Below are positions 1-9,378 of a stretch of 64,000 bases of DNA, one piece after another (position 1 is the first letter of the stretch; each line of letters starts with the position of its first letter). The notes under the pieces are model-generated. The model had not been told where the DNA came from. It saw only the letters and a program-made list of their open reading frames with translations, and ran no database searches. The DNA lies in IMG/VR virus record IMGVR_UViG_3300009545_000003, positions 5,568 to 69,567 of that record; one strand, given 5' to 3'. This stretch comes from a virus. Position numbers and translations under genes: made by a program.

Positions 1-100
1 ACGTAAACGATGAACTTAACTGTTTCATAGATTCTCCTTTCCTAATGCCTAACCATCGATTAGACATAAGGAAAGGGAGGACTTTCATCCTCCCAACCAG

Positions 101-484
101 TTACGCTGCTACTGTGGATTCAGGCTGCTTGGCCGGCGCTTCAACTTCGATCGTTGGGTTGACGACCTTTGCGACGCCGAGCTTGCTGAGGTGATGAAGG
201 TGCCACATGCAAGAGAGTTTCACTCCAGCATTAGCAGTGAGACCCGCAGTCGTCGCGAACTTCGTGATTTCGTCGATTGTGAATTCGCGATTCGGATCCT
301 GTGCAAGAGCAGCGATCACGATCTGACGCTGTTTGCCACGAGGAGCGATTGCCGGAGCGGCGATCAACTGGTAGCGACGTTCGGCTGGCGGAGTGTTCTT
401 CGTCGTCTTCTCAACGGCGGTTGTGGTTGTCTGAGCGGCTACGCTCTCATTTGCCTTCACTTCAGTGTTTTTGCTGTTCTTCAT
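101..484 (-). CDS. small winged-helix-like DNA-binding protein (paralog 1 of 4)
   Basis: Shares GKQRQ...WHLHxL motif with 1262..1561 and 39201..39629; AAGGAGAA RBS upstream; GGGAGG/CCTCCC hairpin downstream. Confidence 0.6.
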   Translation of the reverse strand: MKNSKNTEVKANESVAAQTTTTAVEKTTKNTPPAERRYQLIAAPAIAPRGKQRQIVIAALAQDPNREFTIDEITKFATTAGLTANAGVKLSCMWHLHHLSKLGVAKVVNPTIEVEAPAKQPESTVAA

Positions 485-605
485 GGTGTTCTCCTTGTGT
501 TTCAGAATAACAAGTAATTTGCTATTCTGATCTAATTATAAATCAACTTTTCTGAGAAGTACACAACTTAATACGTGTACCTCTCAAATTGTCAAACTTT
601 GGTAA

Positions 606-827
606 TCAGCCGTTCAACTTGCCCAAGCGTACCCAGTTAGCGATGCGAGTCAACATCGTCATCTCATCGACGTCGAACTGATATGAGCGGGTTTCAACAA
701 ATTCACCAGCTTCAAAAAACTCAACGCTGTAGCCCTGAGGATCAGGCATGCGTTTGCCGTCACCAAAGCGGTGCATCTCCGTACTCACACGTACGGTGTA
801 GAGTACTTTTCGCAATTCGTTTGCCAT
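606..827 (-). CDS. hypothetical early protein (start likely MANEL at 827)
   Basis: AAGGAGAA RBS directly before the ATG at 827. Confidence 0.55.
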   Translation of the reverse strand: MANELRKVLYTVRVSTEMHRFGDGKRMPDPQGYSVEFFEAGEFVETRSYQFDVDEMTMLTRIANWVRLGKLNG

Positions 828-1261
828 TTCATTCTCCTTGGCGTAGTGAGCGCCCTCCAGAGTCAAGCGGCTCTGAAGGCCGATCAAGCTAGGCTCCACC
901 TTTACCAACATAGCGGGGCATGTCTGGCTCCCACAGGCTGAAGTGTTGATGGTCAAATACGACGTAGAGGAAGATGCAGATCACTCTCCACAGCATGATC
1001 ATCTGCGCCTCCGTGGCTTGCTACTGAACAGGCTCACCGCGATGTAGATCACAAAGGGCAGCATCAGCCACCAGATCGATGGGTGCAGCGTGAAGGTAAT
1101 GCTCATTTCGTCCTCCGGGGCATGAAGGTGTAGAGAGCGATTAGGGTAATGGTGCTCAACGTCAGCGGAACTCCAATTGCGATCACGTATGCCATTTCAT
1201 TCTCCTTGTCGAGCTGTAGTGAGCTCTCTCCAAAGCCATTCGGCTCTGGAGAGAGATCAAG

Positions 1262-1561
1262 CTACTTACTCTCTACGAAGCCGAGCAGCTCGAGCTGGTG
1301 GAGGTGCCAGCCGGTGGACTCTGCTACGGTGTACTTGCTCTTGTACTTGTCCCCTATGATCTCTGCTACAGCCTCTCTGGAGAGGAACTCCTCTGGCTTG
1401 CTGCGGAGGGCGTCGGCTGTTGCTTGACGCTGCTTGCCCTTGAAGCTGAGTGGGCAGGTGGGAAGGATCTTGTAGCTCTTCAGCTTAGCAGGAACCTTCG
1501 TGGTCTTGACGATGGTAGCGGTTACGATGGTACCGTCTGCGAGTTGAACTTGAGTGGTCAT
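1262..1561 (-). CDS. small winged-helix-like DNA-binding protein (paralog 2 of 4)
   Basis: KGKQRQ...ESTGWHLHQLELLGFV; AAGGAGAA RBS. Confidence 0.6.
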   Translation of the reverse strand: MTTQVQLADGTIVTATIVKTTKVPAKLKSYKILPTCPLSFKGKQRQATADALRSKPEEFLSREAVAEIIGDKYKSKYTVAESTGWHLHQLELLGFVESK

Positions 1562-1705
1562 TTTGTTCTCCTTGAGGTTGAAGTAGCATCAATCAACCAT
1601 GAATATATAATACTATATCTTTGGTCGTATGGAAACCCAAAGTGGGTTAGCCGTCCGCCTGGTTTTCGAATGCCAAAGTATAGTATTTAAAAGTTGTGAT
1701 AATAC

Positions 1706-1754
1706 CTTCAAAATGTTACTGTGATAAACAAATTCTTCAAAATGTTACTGTGAT
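1706..1754 (+). repeat. 20-bp perfect direct repeat CTTCAAAATGTTACTGTGAT x2 (operator-like)
   Basis: Copies at 1706-1725 and 1735-1754 in the divergent early/late intergenic region. Confidence 0.85.
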
Positions 1755-1760
1755 GGTCGT

Positions 1761-1967
1761 ATGACAAAACGCGAAGCCCAAATCTCTCGTCACATTCTTC
1801 TTGGCTGGCCGTATTCGAGAATAGCTAAAGAATTTGAGTTAAATCTTCCAACAGTCAAAAAACACGTCAGTAACATCTACAACAAAGTAGGTTGTTCCAC
1901 ACATGTCGAATTTGTTAGTATGGTTCTCAATAGTGCTGACTTCTTAAACCAAATCTACGGAGTCTGA
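1761..1967 (+). CDS. LuxR/GerE-type stand-alone HTH regulator
   Basis: TKRE...IAKEFELNLPTVKKHVSNIYNKVG matches the LuxR C-terminal HTH pattern. Confidence 0.8.
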   Translation: MTKREAQISRHILLGWPYSRIAKEFELNLPTVKKHVSNIYNKVGCSTHVEFVSMVLNSADFLNQIYGV

Positions 1968-1968
1968 A

Positions 1969-2229
1969 ATGGTTCCATCTGGACCTTGCCACTGTGGTAA
2001 CGTAGCTTTTTACTATGCTGGTGGACAGCTATTCTGTGAGGAGCATAAGGCTGAAGCTGTTGATATCGTTCGAGCTGAGTATAAGACGACGGTGGCCGGC
2101 GAGCAGATGGTGAAGGTTCGACACAGGTTTAGGTTCAGTGAGGATGAGATAAGTCCGATTAGACTATCTTATTGGGGTGGTAGTCGTGTTCATAATAGGT
2201 ATATAGACCGGCCCACCTACAATATCTAA
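1969..2229 (+). CDS. hypothetical protein with Cys/His cluster
   Basis: CHCG...FCEEH; abuts the LuxR gene. Confidence 0.5.
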   Translation: MVPSGPCHCGNVAFYYAGGQLFCEEHKAEAVDIVRAEYKTTVAGEQMVKVRHRFRFSEDEISPIRLSYWGGSRVHNRYIDRPTYNI

Positions 2230-2376
2230 ATTTTTCGGGGCCACTGGCTCCTTCTAAGCTGTGACCGGGCATTAGACCTCCTGCTGCGGTCGCGGAGCGC
2301 GAGGTGCTGCGCTAAGCCGGGTGGTGCCGCCGATCACCGCCCGGCTCCAATTAATCGGCAACGACTGGAGGAACAA

Positions 2377-2589
2377 GTGGATCACGATCACAATCCACAG
2401 CAGGTCGTTATTCATCAAGTTGATCCTGGTCAGTTTGCTGCTCTCCTTCATCTAGGGTACATGATCCTAGCAGCTATCACGAAAGCGCAGGGAACTGATA
2501 CAACCAAAATTGTAGAACTAACGAGTAAGCTCAAAGCATCTGGTGATGCTCTGAAGTCGGTAGTGTCTGCTGCACAAAACCAACAGTGA
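2377..2589 (+). CDS. small hypothetical helical protein
   Basis: GGAGG RBS, GTG start. Confidence 0.55.
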   Translation: MDHDHNPQQVVIHQVDPGQFAALLHLGYMILAAITKAQGTDTTKIVELTSKLKASGDALKSVVSAAQNQQ

Positions 2590-2596
2590 GGAAACT

Positions 2597-2806
2597 ATGT
2601 CTGCTGAATTTGATGCACTGTCCGCACAGGTTGCGGAAAATACGAGCGAAGAAGCGTCGGCCGGTCAGCTGATCCAGAACATCGCTGCCCAGCTCGCCAA
2701 CAACCCCACACCTGAGCAGGTTAAAGCTCTGGCTGCGACTCTCAAGACTTCCGGTGATGCACTGGCTGCCTTGGTAGTTGCGAACACCCCTGCAGCTCAG
2801 GCGTAA
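2597..2806 (+). CDS. small Ala-rich helical protein
   Basis: GAGG RBS; double stop; followed by terminator. Confidence 0.65.
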   Translation: MSAEFDALSAQVAENTSEEASAGQLIQNIAAQLANNPTPEQVKALAATLKTSGDALAALVVANTPAAQA

Positions 2807-2841
2807 TAAGCTCTCGCAACACGAGAGAACCAAGGCAACCT

Positions 2842-2877
2842 AGGGGAGATTTCGCAAGAAGTCTCCCCTGATTTTTT
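2842..2877 (+). terminator. rho-independent terminator
   Basis: AGGGGAGA/TCTCCCCT stem, GCAA tetraloop, T6 tail. Confidence 0.75.
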
Positions 2878-2901
2878 AAAAGGTATCCTAATGAAAGGAG
2901 G

Positions 2902-3177
2902 ATGAATCACGTGGATCGTGAGCCTAAGATTGGCGAAGCGGTCATATGGCATGAATCTGATGGAACTCCAGCTAATGCTCTTATCACAGCTGTCTGGGGA
3001 CCAAAATGTATCAACGTTGTTATCGTTTCTGTAGACGTTAACAAACAAGATAACTATGGACGTCAGACTGAGCGTCGTACGAGTTGTTCTCATAAGACTC
3101 TTACAAACGTTCATGGCTTTTACTGGAGATTTCCAGAAGAAGAACCTAACCCATATGTCCCACCAACATCGATCTAA
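2902..3177 (+). CDS. hypothetical protein
   Basis: AGGAGG RBS; plausible composition. Confidence 0.6.
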   Translation: MNHVDREPKIGEAVIWHESDGTPANALITAVWGPKCINVVIVSVDVNKQDNYGRQTERRTSCSHKTLTNVHGFYWRFPEEEPNPYVPPTSI

Positions 3178-3231
3178 CTAACCTCCGTTGCCTAGGAATC
3201 CACGAGAAACCTTAAAAGCAACGGCAAGGAC

Positions 3232-4527
3232 GTGATTCTTCCTATGCCAGTATTCGCACAGTTCGGGGCAAAAGCTCATAAGTTCGTGTCGCGACACCCG
3301 AGTCAGGACAAGAAGTATACGCTTCTTGAGGGGAGTGTTCGTAGTGGGAAGACCTTTGCAATCGATGCAAAGATTGTACTCCATCTATGCCTCTATAAAG
3401 TCAACGGAAAAAGAGTTATTTGTGGAGCAACAAAACAATCTGTCTACAAGAACATACTCCTTGACTTATTCCAAGTTGTTGGCAAAAAGAACTATGCTTA
3501 TAACCGAGCTACTGGCGAACTCGAACTCTTCGGAACTCAATGGTTTGTAATTGGTGCTAAGGATGAAGCTTCTTATAAGCAAATCCTTGGTATGACTATC
3601 GCTATCGCGATATGTGATGAGTGGACTGAGTTTCCACAAAGTTTCACCAAGCAGTTGTTTATGCGTCTTTCTCCTCCAGGATCGAGATTATACGCATCTA
3701 CCAACCCAGGTACGCCTCAGCATTATCTTTTCACCGATGTTATCAACAACGATAACTTTGATAGTGACTTAGAGGTTATTCACTTCACTCTGGATGATAA
3801 CCCTAATCTGGACCCTGTTTCTAAGAGACAGATTATCTCTTCTCAGAAGGGCGTTTACTACCAGAGATATATCCTTGGGCTATGGGTTGTGGCTGAAGGT
3901 GCTATCTACAAAGATAGTTGGCATGATAAGTTTCTTTATGATGACAGTACAAGGCCACCTACGTTGTACGCTTCAGGTGGATTCAGGCAGCACATCATCA
4001 CCATCGACTATGGCACGCATAACCCTTGCGTCTTTTTAGAGTATTTCGATGACGGTGAAGTAAGTTGGTTGGATAGAGAGTACTACTGGGATTCTGTTAA
4101 GGAAATGAAACAGAAGACTGATAGGGAATATGCTGACGATCTCGAGAATTTTATTAAGAAGTCACGCCGTGTTGCTCCGTCGCGTCCAATCCTTGTCGTG
4201 GACCCCTCAGCAACCTCCTTCAAAGTCGAACTCATCCAAAGAGGATTTATCGTTATTGACGCTGACAACGACGTTCTCGACGGAATCCATAGAGTCTCTG
4301 AAGTTGAGGCAACCGGAAATCGCAGAGTTCATAAGGATTGCACCCAGTTCAGACGTGAAAAAGGTCTTTACGCATGGGATGCTAAGGCTGCCGAAGACGG
4401 AACAGAAAGACCTCTCAAAGTAAATGACCACGCTATGGATGCTGATCGGTACGGACTCACGTATCTATATCCTGAGTGGAGAACTCTAAACATTCAGAAA
4501 GTAGCAGACATGAGAAAGGCAGCATAA
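3232..4527 (+). CDS. terL: terminase large subunit (PBSX-like)
   Basis: Walker A EGSVRSGKT, Walker B ICDEW, STNP motif, nuclease IDYG and NDHAMDADRY. Confidence 0.95.
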   Translation: MILPMPVFAQFGAKAHKFVSRHPSQDKKYTLLEGSVRSGKTFAIDAKIVLHLCLYKVNGKRVICGATKQSVYKNILLDLFQVVGKKNYAYNRATGELELFGTQWFVIGAKDEASYKQILGMTIAIAICDEWTEFPQSFTKQLFMRLSPPGSRLYASTNPGTPQHYLFTDVINNDNFDSDLEVIHFTLDDNPNLDPVSKRQIISSQKGVYYQRYILGLWVVAEGAIYKDSWHDKFLYDDSTRPPTLYASGGFRQHIITIDYGTHNPCVFLEYFDDGEVSWLDREYYWDSVKEMKQKTDREYADDLENFIKKSRRVAPSRPILVVDPSATSFKVELIQRGFIVIDADNDVLDGIHRVSEVEATGNRRVHKDCTQFRREKGLYAWDAKAAEDGTERPLKVNDHAMDADRYGLTYLYPEWRTLNIQKVADMRKAA

Positions 4528-4528
4528 G

Positions 4529-6241
4529 ATGCCAAGAGCTAGTAGGAAGAAGAAGACTGAGACTGTTGATAGTCTAGACGCAGCTCTAGACCTCAATATG
4601 CTCAGAAGCCTTCAGCCCGTGATGGCTGATAGCTATCAAAATGTTCCTGCTAGGATTGGAAATGGTACTCCTAATCTAGTAAACAGTGGAAACTATCCTT
4701 TAGTTCGTTTGACTGAGCAGTATCCTTTGATACTGAGTCTATACAGAAGCTCATGGATTGTTCGTAAAATTATTGATCAAGTCGCAAATGACGTGTTCAA
4801 AGTTTTTCCTGTTCTAGATTTCGATGTTTCTCCTGAGCAAGTATCTGCTTTTCGCAACATGCTTCTGAAGACTAGAACTATTACCAGACTTCGGTCACTA
4901 GCTAAGTGGGGTAGATTGTTTGGTGGCGCTGGCGCCATCATGGTTTTAGACGGTCATGATGATCTTCGGAAGCCTCTTGACGTAGATGACGTTCAAGTCG
5001 GGGCTTACAAAGGCCTCATCGTTCTTGATAGGTGGTCAGGCATCATTCCGGGACCTGAGATCAATTCTGACATCAATGATCCTGAGTCTTTCGGACTTCC
5101 AACTTATTACAACTGCATCATGGATGCGGGTAATGTTACGGTTCACCATTCTAGAGTTTTACGATTTACTGGAAGAGAACTTCCTCAATGGGAAGTTCAG
5201 GTTGAACTGTACTGGGGCATGTCAGAAGTAGAAGTAATATTCGATGAGCTGAAGAAGAGAGATTACAGTTCATGGAATATCGTATCATTATTGACGCGCG
5301 CCCAGGTAATGGCTTTGTCAGAACCTCAATTAGCCACCATGATGTCTGGTGCAGGAACATCTAATGATGCGTTTAACATGTTTGTTAACCGTATGGAGAT
5401 GATTTCTCAGCAACTGAACAACAACGGACTTTTGATTCTCGGTAAGGACGGAAAGCTCGAAAATAAGAGCTACGGATTTGGTGGAGTTTCTGACGTCTAC
5501 CGAGAGTTCATGAAGGATCTTGCGGCGGCAACGGGCATACCCTATGAGGTAATCTTTGGCCGAAACCAGGGTATGGGCGGCGAGATGGGGAACAACGGAG
5601 GCGCTTCTCTTCAGTTATACGATAACATGATTGAAGAGAAAAGAATTTCAGAAGCCAATCCAGTCATAGATAAGTTGCTTCCAGTAATGTGTATGTCTAT
5701 CTTCGGGAAAGTTCCTGAAGATTTAGTGTATCATTGGACTCCAATAAGGGCTCTTACTGAAAAGGAGCGTTATGATCTTGCGAAATCGGCTGTTGAGTCT
5801 GTACTCATGGCTTACAACGCTGATCTCCTCACTAAGAAAGAGGCCCGTACTGAGCTTGCTACTGGCTCTGGTACTCATGGATTGTTTAATCTTCCACAGG
5901 AAGCTGTCGCTGCTACACCCGACCTATATGCTTCAGAGGCTATGCTTGGCGCTCAATTTGATCCTGATGGCAACGATGAAGATACAGTAGGTGGAGTATC
6001 AGTGGGTGAAGATCCTCCTGATGGCACTCCTGGAGCTCGTTCAGGTGAGCAAGTTCCCGTCGAAGCCAAACCTGTTGGAGTTAAAGGTCTAATCTGGCAC
6101 AAGAGCCGTAGATTGACTGAAGGACCTGGTGGAGCTGCTTCTAAAGGAAGTGCTGGAACTAACTCATCAAGCACTACTAAATCTCTTCACCAATCCATGC
6201 AGCACTCTGTTAAACATGAGACAAAGAAACCAAAAAGATAG
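4529..6241 (+). CDS. portal protein (DUF1073-like)
   Basis: Follows TerL; LYRSSWIVRKIID, WGRLFGG, HHSRVLRF and AAATGIP motifs. Confidence 0.9.
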   Translation: MPRASRKKKTETVDSLDAALDLNMLRSLQPVMADSYQNVPARIGNGTPNLVNSGNYPLVRLTEQYPLILSLYRSSWIVRKIIDQVANDVFKVFPVLDFDVSPEQVSAFRNMLLKTRTITRLRSLAKWGRLFGGAGAIMVLDGHDDLRKPLDVDDVQVGAYKGLIVLDRWSGIIPGPEINSDINDPESFGLPTYYNCIMDAGNVTVHHSRVLRFTGRELPQWEVQVELYWGMSEVEVIFDELKKRDYSSWNIVSLLTRAQVMALSEPQLATMMSGAGTSNDAFNMFVNRMEMISQQLNNNGLLILGKDGKLENKSYGFGGVSDVYREFMKDLAAATGIPYEVIFGRNQGMGGEMGNNGGASLQLYDNMIEEKRISEANPVIDKLLPVMCMSIFGKVPEDLVYHWTPIRALTEKERYDLAKSAVESVLMAYNADLLTKKEARTELATGSGTHGLFNLPQEAVAATPDLYASEAMLGAQFDPDGNDEDTVGGVSVGEDPPDGTPGARSGEQVPVEAKPVGVKGLIWHKSRRLTEGPGGAASKGSAGTNSSSTTKSLHQSMQHSVKHETKKPKR

Positions 6242-6252
6242 GAGGATAAGGA

Positions 6253-6723
6253 ATGCAGCTTCCAATCGGAACTCCTCCGAAAATTGTCTCAGAGAAGAAA
6301 GTAGGACCACTAAACTGTGCTATTGAGTTTCCCAAAGGAGCTATTAGAAGCGGAAAAACTTGGAAGGGAGAAAGTCCTGCGGACTACGGTTACATTTTTG
6401 GATACATTGGTGCTGATGGGGATGAGATAGACTGCTACATTGGAGACTATCCTGAATCTACGAGAGTCTATGTAGTAAATCAGACCCATCTTCATGCTAC
6501 TGATGTATTTGACGAGCATAAAGTTATGTTAGGGTTTCCCTCTAAGGAAGAAGCTTTAACTACTTACATGTCGGGCCATGACAAAAGTAACCAGATTTTC
6601 TACAGTATGGTAGACTTGTCTATGCAGGATTTCATTAGGTGGCTGAAGCATGGAAACCTTAACCTCCCACTCTCCAAAAACGTCGCCTTTTCTAGTTCCG
6701 CGTCGGTTCGAAGCTTCGTTTAG
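6253..6723 (+). CDS. inorganic pyrophosphatase-like domain protein (phage InPase type)
   Basis: DYGYI..GADGDEIDCYIG and FDEHKVMLGF motifs. Confidence 0.75.
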   Translation: MQLPIGTPPKIVSEKKVGPLNCAIEFPKGAIRSGKTWKGESPADYGYIFGYIGADGDEIDCYIGDYPESTRVYVVNQTHLHATDVFDEHKVMLGFPSKEEALTTYMSGHDKSNQIFYSMVDLSMQDFIRWLKHGNLNLPLSKNVAFSSSASVRSFV

Positions 6724-7519
6724 AAAAGCAGTAGCCACTGTCTTACAGCGAAACCTCAGACAGTGTAAAAGTCACGAAGAAATAGATGATTGGCTAAATG
6801 AGTTAGCTTTCGCTGGAAGGGACCCTGATTTCAAGTTAGAATCACAAAAGATGTCAATGGTTCTAGTAAGAAATATCAATATCCATAACGTCTATGGCTG
6901 GCGTGAAGCTGCCCGTAGTACACGCGGAGGGAGTCGGATTGTACCCTACCTCAATGAAACTAAAAGAGGAACTATAGGTAAGACAATCACTCAACAGATT
7001 CATGAAACTACTGAAGCCATTTCTTCTGTTCCTGAAAGAATTTCACGAAGACTTGCGAGTCAAGCAGCTTATGCGAGATCTCAAGGAGCTACGGAACAAG
7101 GGGTGTTCCATATTCTAAGGAGAAGTTTTATAGCAAACGTCCTTAGAAATATCTCAATGATCTCTAATCAGAATCCTCACCTCATAAATTCTGAGCTAAC
7201 TGAGGCAAGATCATCTGATCTCAACATAAATTGCTTCTTCTGGGTTACTTCTCATGATTCTCATGTCAGAGCGTCTCATCGAAAGATGCAGGGAGTGGTA
7301 GTATTTTGGAGAGATCTTCCTTCTCCAGAAGCTTTAATAGGCGCTCCAGCTTCTCTAGGACACTATTCACCTGGTCATTGTCCTGGCTGTCGTTGCAGTC
7401 CTGAACCTATTTTTTCTGTGGACGATTTATTCCACAATGGCGTAGCTAGAGTTAGAGTTTATCTAAATGAGAGAATAGAAAATCTAACAAAGGCACAATT
7501 TCTCGAAATCCTGGATTAA
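6650..7519 (+). CDS. head morphogenesis protein (MuF/SPP1 gp7-like)
   Basis: WVTSHDSHVRASH and PG..CRC motifs; head position. Confidence 0.8.
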   Translation: METLTSHSPKTSPFLVPRRFEASFRKAVATVLQRNLRQCKSHEEIDDWLNELAFAGRDPDFKLESQKMSMVLVRNINIHNVYGWREAARSTRGGSRIVPYLNETKRGTIGKTITQQIHETTEAISSVPERISRRLASQAAYARSQGATEQGVFHILRRSFIANVLRNISMISNQNPHLINSELTEARSSDLNINCFFWVTSHDSHVRASHRKMQGVVVFWRDLPSPEALIGAPASLGHYSPGHCPGCRCSPEPIFSVDDLFHNGVARVRVYLNERIENLTKAQFLEILD

Positions 7520-7529
7520 GGAGTAACAC

Positions 7530-7727
7530 ATGGATTTAGGTAATTCAGTTTTCAGTCAATTTCCACACAAAAGCGTTAGCGATTCTAAAATGAATCTTAA
7601 CGGTGGAAATGGCGGAGGTAACTCGGGTGCCGTGATAAGCCCCGCTCCTGGTCTGGGAATGTCTGCTTATCAAGACCCTTCAGTTAAGGTTAGCGCACAA
7701 CTACCCAAGAGACAAGGAGGAAGCTAA
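7530..7727 (+). CDS. small low-complexity protein
   Basis: AAGGAG RBS; coupled to the next ORF. Confidence 0.5.
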   Translation: MDLGNSVFSQFPHKSVSDSKMNLNGGNGGGNSGAVISPAPGLGMSAYQDPSVKVSAQLPKRQGGS

Positions 7728-7936
7728 TGACACCAATGAATGGAGGGTACAGTGCTTGTTCCACTGGCCCTGTACGTGATCTGACGCCAGAAGATTCTTC
7801 TTCACATCATATCCCTATCACCGACTCTCCGTTTTCAATGAGTAACTATGGTCCTCCTTATGCTGTAGCTCAGGGTCAAAGTCATATACCTATGCAGTAC
7901 TCTGGAGGGCCATTCGAGGCAGAAAGGATTAAGTAA
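7727..7936 (+). CDS. small low-complexity protein
   Basis: AGGAGG RBS; TAATG overlaps at both ends. Confidence 0.5.
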   Translation: MTPMNGGYSACSTGPVRDLTPEDSSSHHIPITDSPFSMSNYGPPYAVAQGQSHIPMQYSGGPFEAERIK

Positions 7937-9372
7937 TGGCTAAAGAGCAAGTATCTCTTTTCTATGGTCTAATACTTAGTCCGAATATGGAGATGACTCC
8001 AGAAGGGTATTTAATCTGTAAGAATGTACCCATCTGCCGTAGCGGATACCAAGAATATTTTGGAAGAGAACTTGAAGGGTTTCCTGGCTTTACAGATTCA
8101 TGGGGACTGGACCCTAATCTAAAATATAAAGTTCTTAGGCCCAAAGAAGAGGTAGTTCACCCTGACACGATTACTTCATTCGAAGGTAAGACAGTTACAG
8201 ACACTCATCCTAATACGGAGGGTAATGTCCTAATTGTTGATAACGACGAAGAATTCAATTGCGGTCACATACAAAATGTCACACAAGGTCCAGATACTCC
8301 TGATGGCAATGTAACGCTGCAGGGAAACCTTGTCATTAAGAATCCCGAGTTGATCGAAAAGGTCAGACCTACGGGAGACCCGGAAAATGGAATACGTGAC
8401 GTAAGTTGCGGATACATTCTTCGCCTCAAGAGACTTGCTGATGGTTCCATCTCAATGTATCGAATTAGAGGGAATCATGTGGCTGTGGTACCAACTGGCA
8501 GGGCCGGAGACCGAATTGCAATTCAGGATGCGGCCCCGCCCGAAATCAAAACTCAGAAAAGGAGCACTATGAGCCTACGTGATCTGATTCTCGGACGGGG
8601 CGTTAAGTCTGCTATTGCTGACGCTTCGGACGAGGATCTAGCACTGATTGGTCATACTCTTCTAGCTACGGATTCTAAAGGCGAAGAAAAGGATGACAAG
8701 GATAAGGGGAAGGTTACAGTAACAGCTGCTGCAGTAGATGCTGCACATGATGCTACAACGTGCCCAGCCTGTGACGAAGCAAACAAGACGCATCACAAAG
8801 GAGCTCACGACGCTCTAGACGCGATGCTTCACGCTAGCAATGATGCTGATCGCTCAATGCATCGGAAAGCACTTGGAGATATGATTGGTGAAGATTCCAC
8901 TTCAGCAGCTGATGAGGGCAAAGAAACTCTCGAAGAGCTGAAAGCTAAAGAAGAGAAAAAGGGCGCAAAGGATGATGGCGCTGCTGATGAGGATGAAGGC
9001 GCCATGGACGGAACAGAGCCTGAGCGTATTGACAACAAGGGAGCAAGCGTTTTGAAAGCTGCGAATGATTCTATTCTCGGTCACGTCAAGGCAATTCGTC
9101 CCCTAGTTGCTAGCTTCCTAACAATTTCCCGGGAGAAACGGACTGTTGACCAGCAGGCCGCTATCGATAGTTACAATGGCATGGTCAAGAGTCTGAATAA
9201 CTCTGGTGGTAACGTGTACAAAGTTCTTACCACTTCAAGAATTCCGGATGGAATCGGCGCTGTTGATTCTAGGCCGAATGAAATGAAGTCCTGCACCTGT
9301 TTTGATGGTGTTTCGTACCGTAAGGGCATGGAGCGTCATCAGCAGAACTGCGTCGCCAAGGAAGGGAAATAG
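7936..9372 (+). CDS. prohead protease/scaffold (DUF2213-like)
   Basis: TPEGYLIC..PI.RSG.QEY, SFEGK.VTDTHP, SCGY, GNHVAVV..GRAG; acidic C-terminal scaffold. Confidence 0.88.
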   Translation: MAKEQVSLFYGLILSPNMEMTPEGYLICKNVPICRSGYQEYFGRELEGFPGFTDSWGLDPNLKYKVLRPKEEVVHPDTITSFEGKTVTDTHPNTEGNVLIVDNDEEFNCGHIQNVTQGPDTPDGNVTLQGNLVIKNPELIEKVRPTGDPENGIRDVSCGYILRLKRLADGSISMYRIRGNHVAVVPTGRAGDRIAIQDAAPPEIKTQKRSTMSLRDLILGRGVKSAIADASDEDLALIGHTLLATDSKGEEKDDKDKGKVTVTAAAVDAAHDATTCPACDEANKTHHKGAHDALDAMLHASNDADRSMHRKALGDMIGEDSTSAADEGKETLEELKAKEEKKGAKDDGAADEDEGAMDGTEPERIDNKGASVLKAANDSILGHVKAIRPLVASFLTISREKRTVDQQAAIDSYNGMVKSLNNSGGNVYKVLTTSRIPDGIGAVDSRPNEMKSCTCFDGVSYRKGMERHQQNCVAKEGK

Positions 9373-9378
9373 CAAAAC

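Noticed and set aside
191-1690. Plus-strand ORFs 191..517, 301..510, 683..892, 1149..1427, 1298..1690
   Set aside because: Antisense shadows of minus-strand genes that have strong RBSs and family motifs
2237-2349. Canonical tRNA or tmRNA call
   Set aside because: No TTC T-loop or anticodon arm geometry and too short for tmRNA; kept only as a structured-element finding
4500-7500. Expected fifth copy of the spaced palindrome element
   Set aside because: Only isolated CCAGGG/CCTGG words; no TGTGCA...TGCACA pair seen by eye
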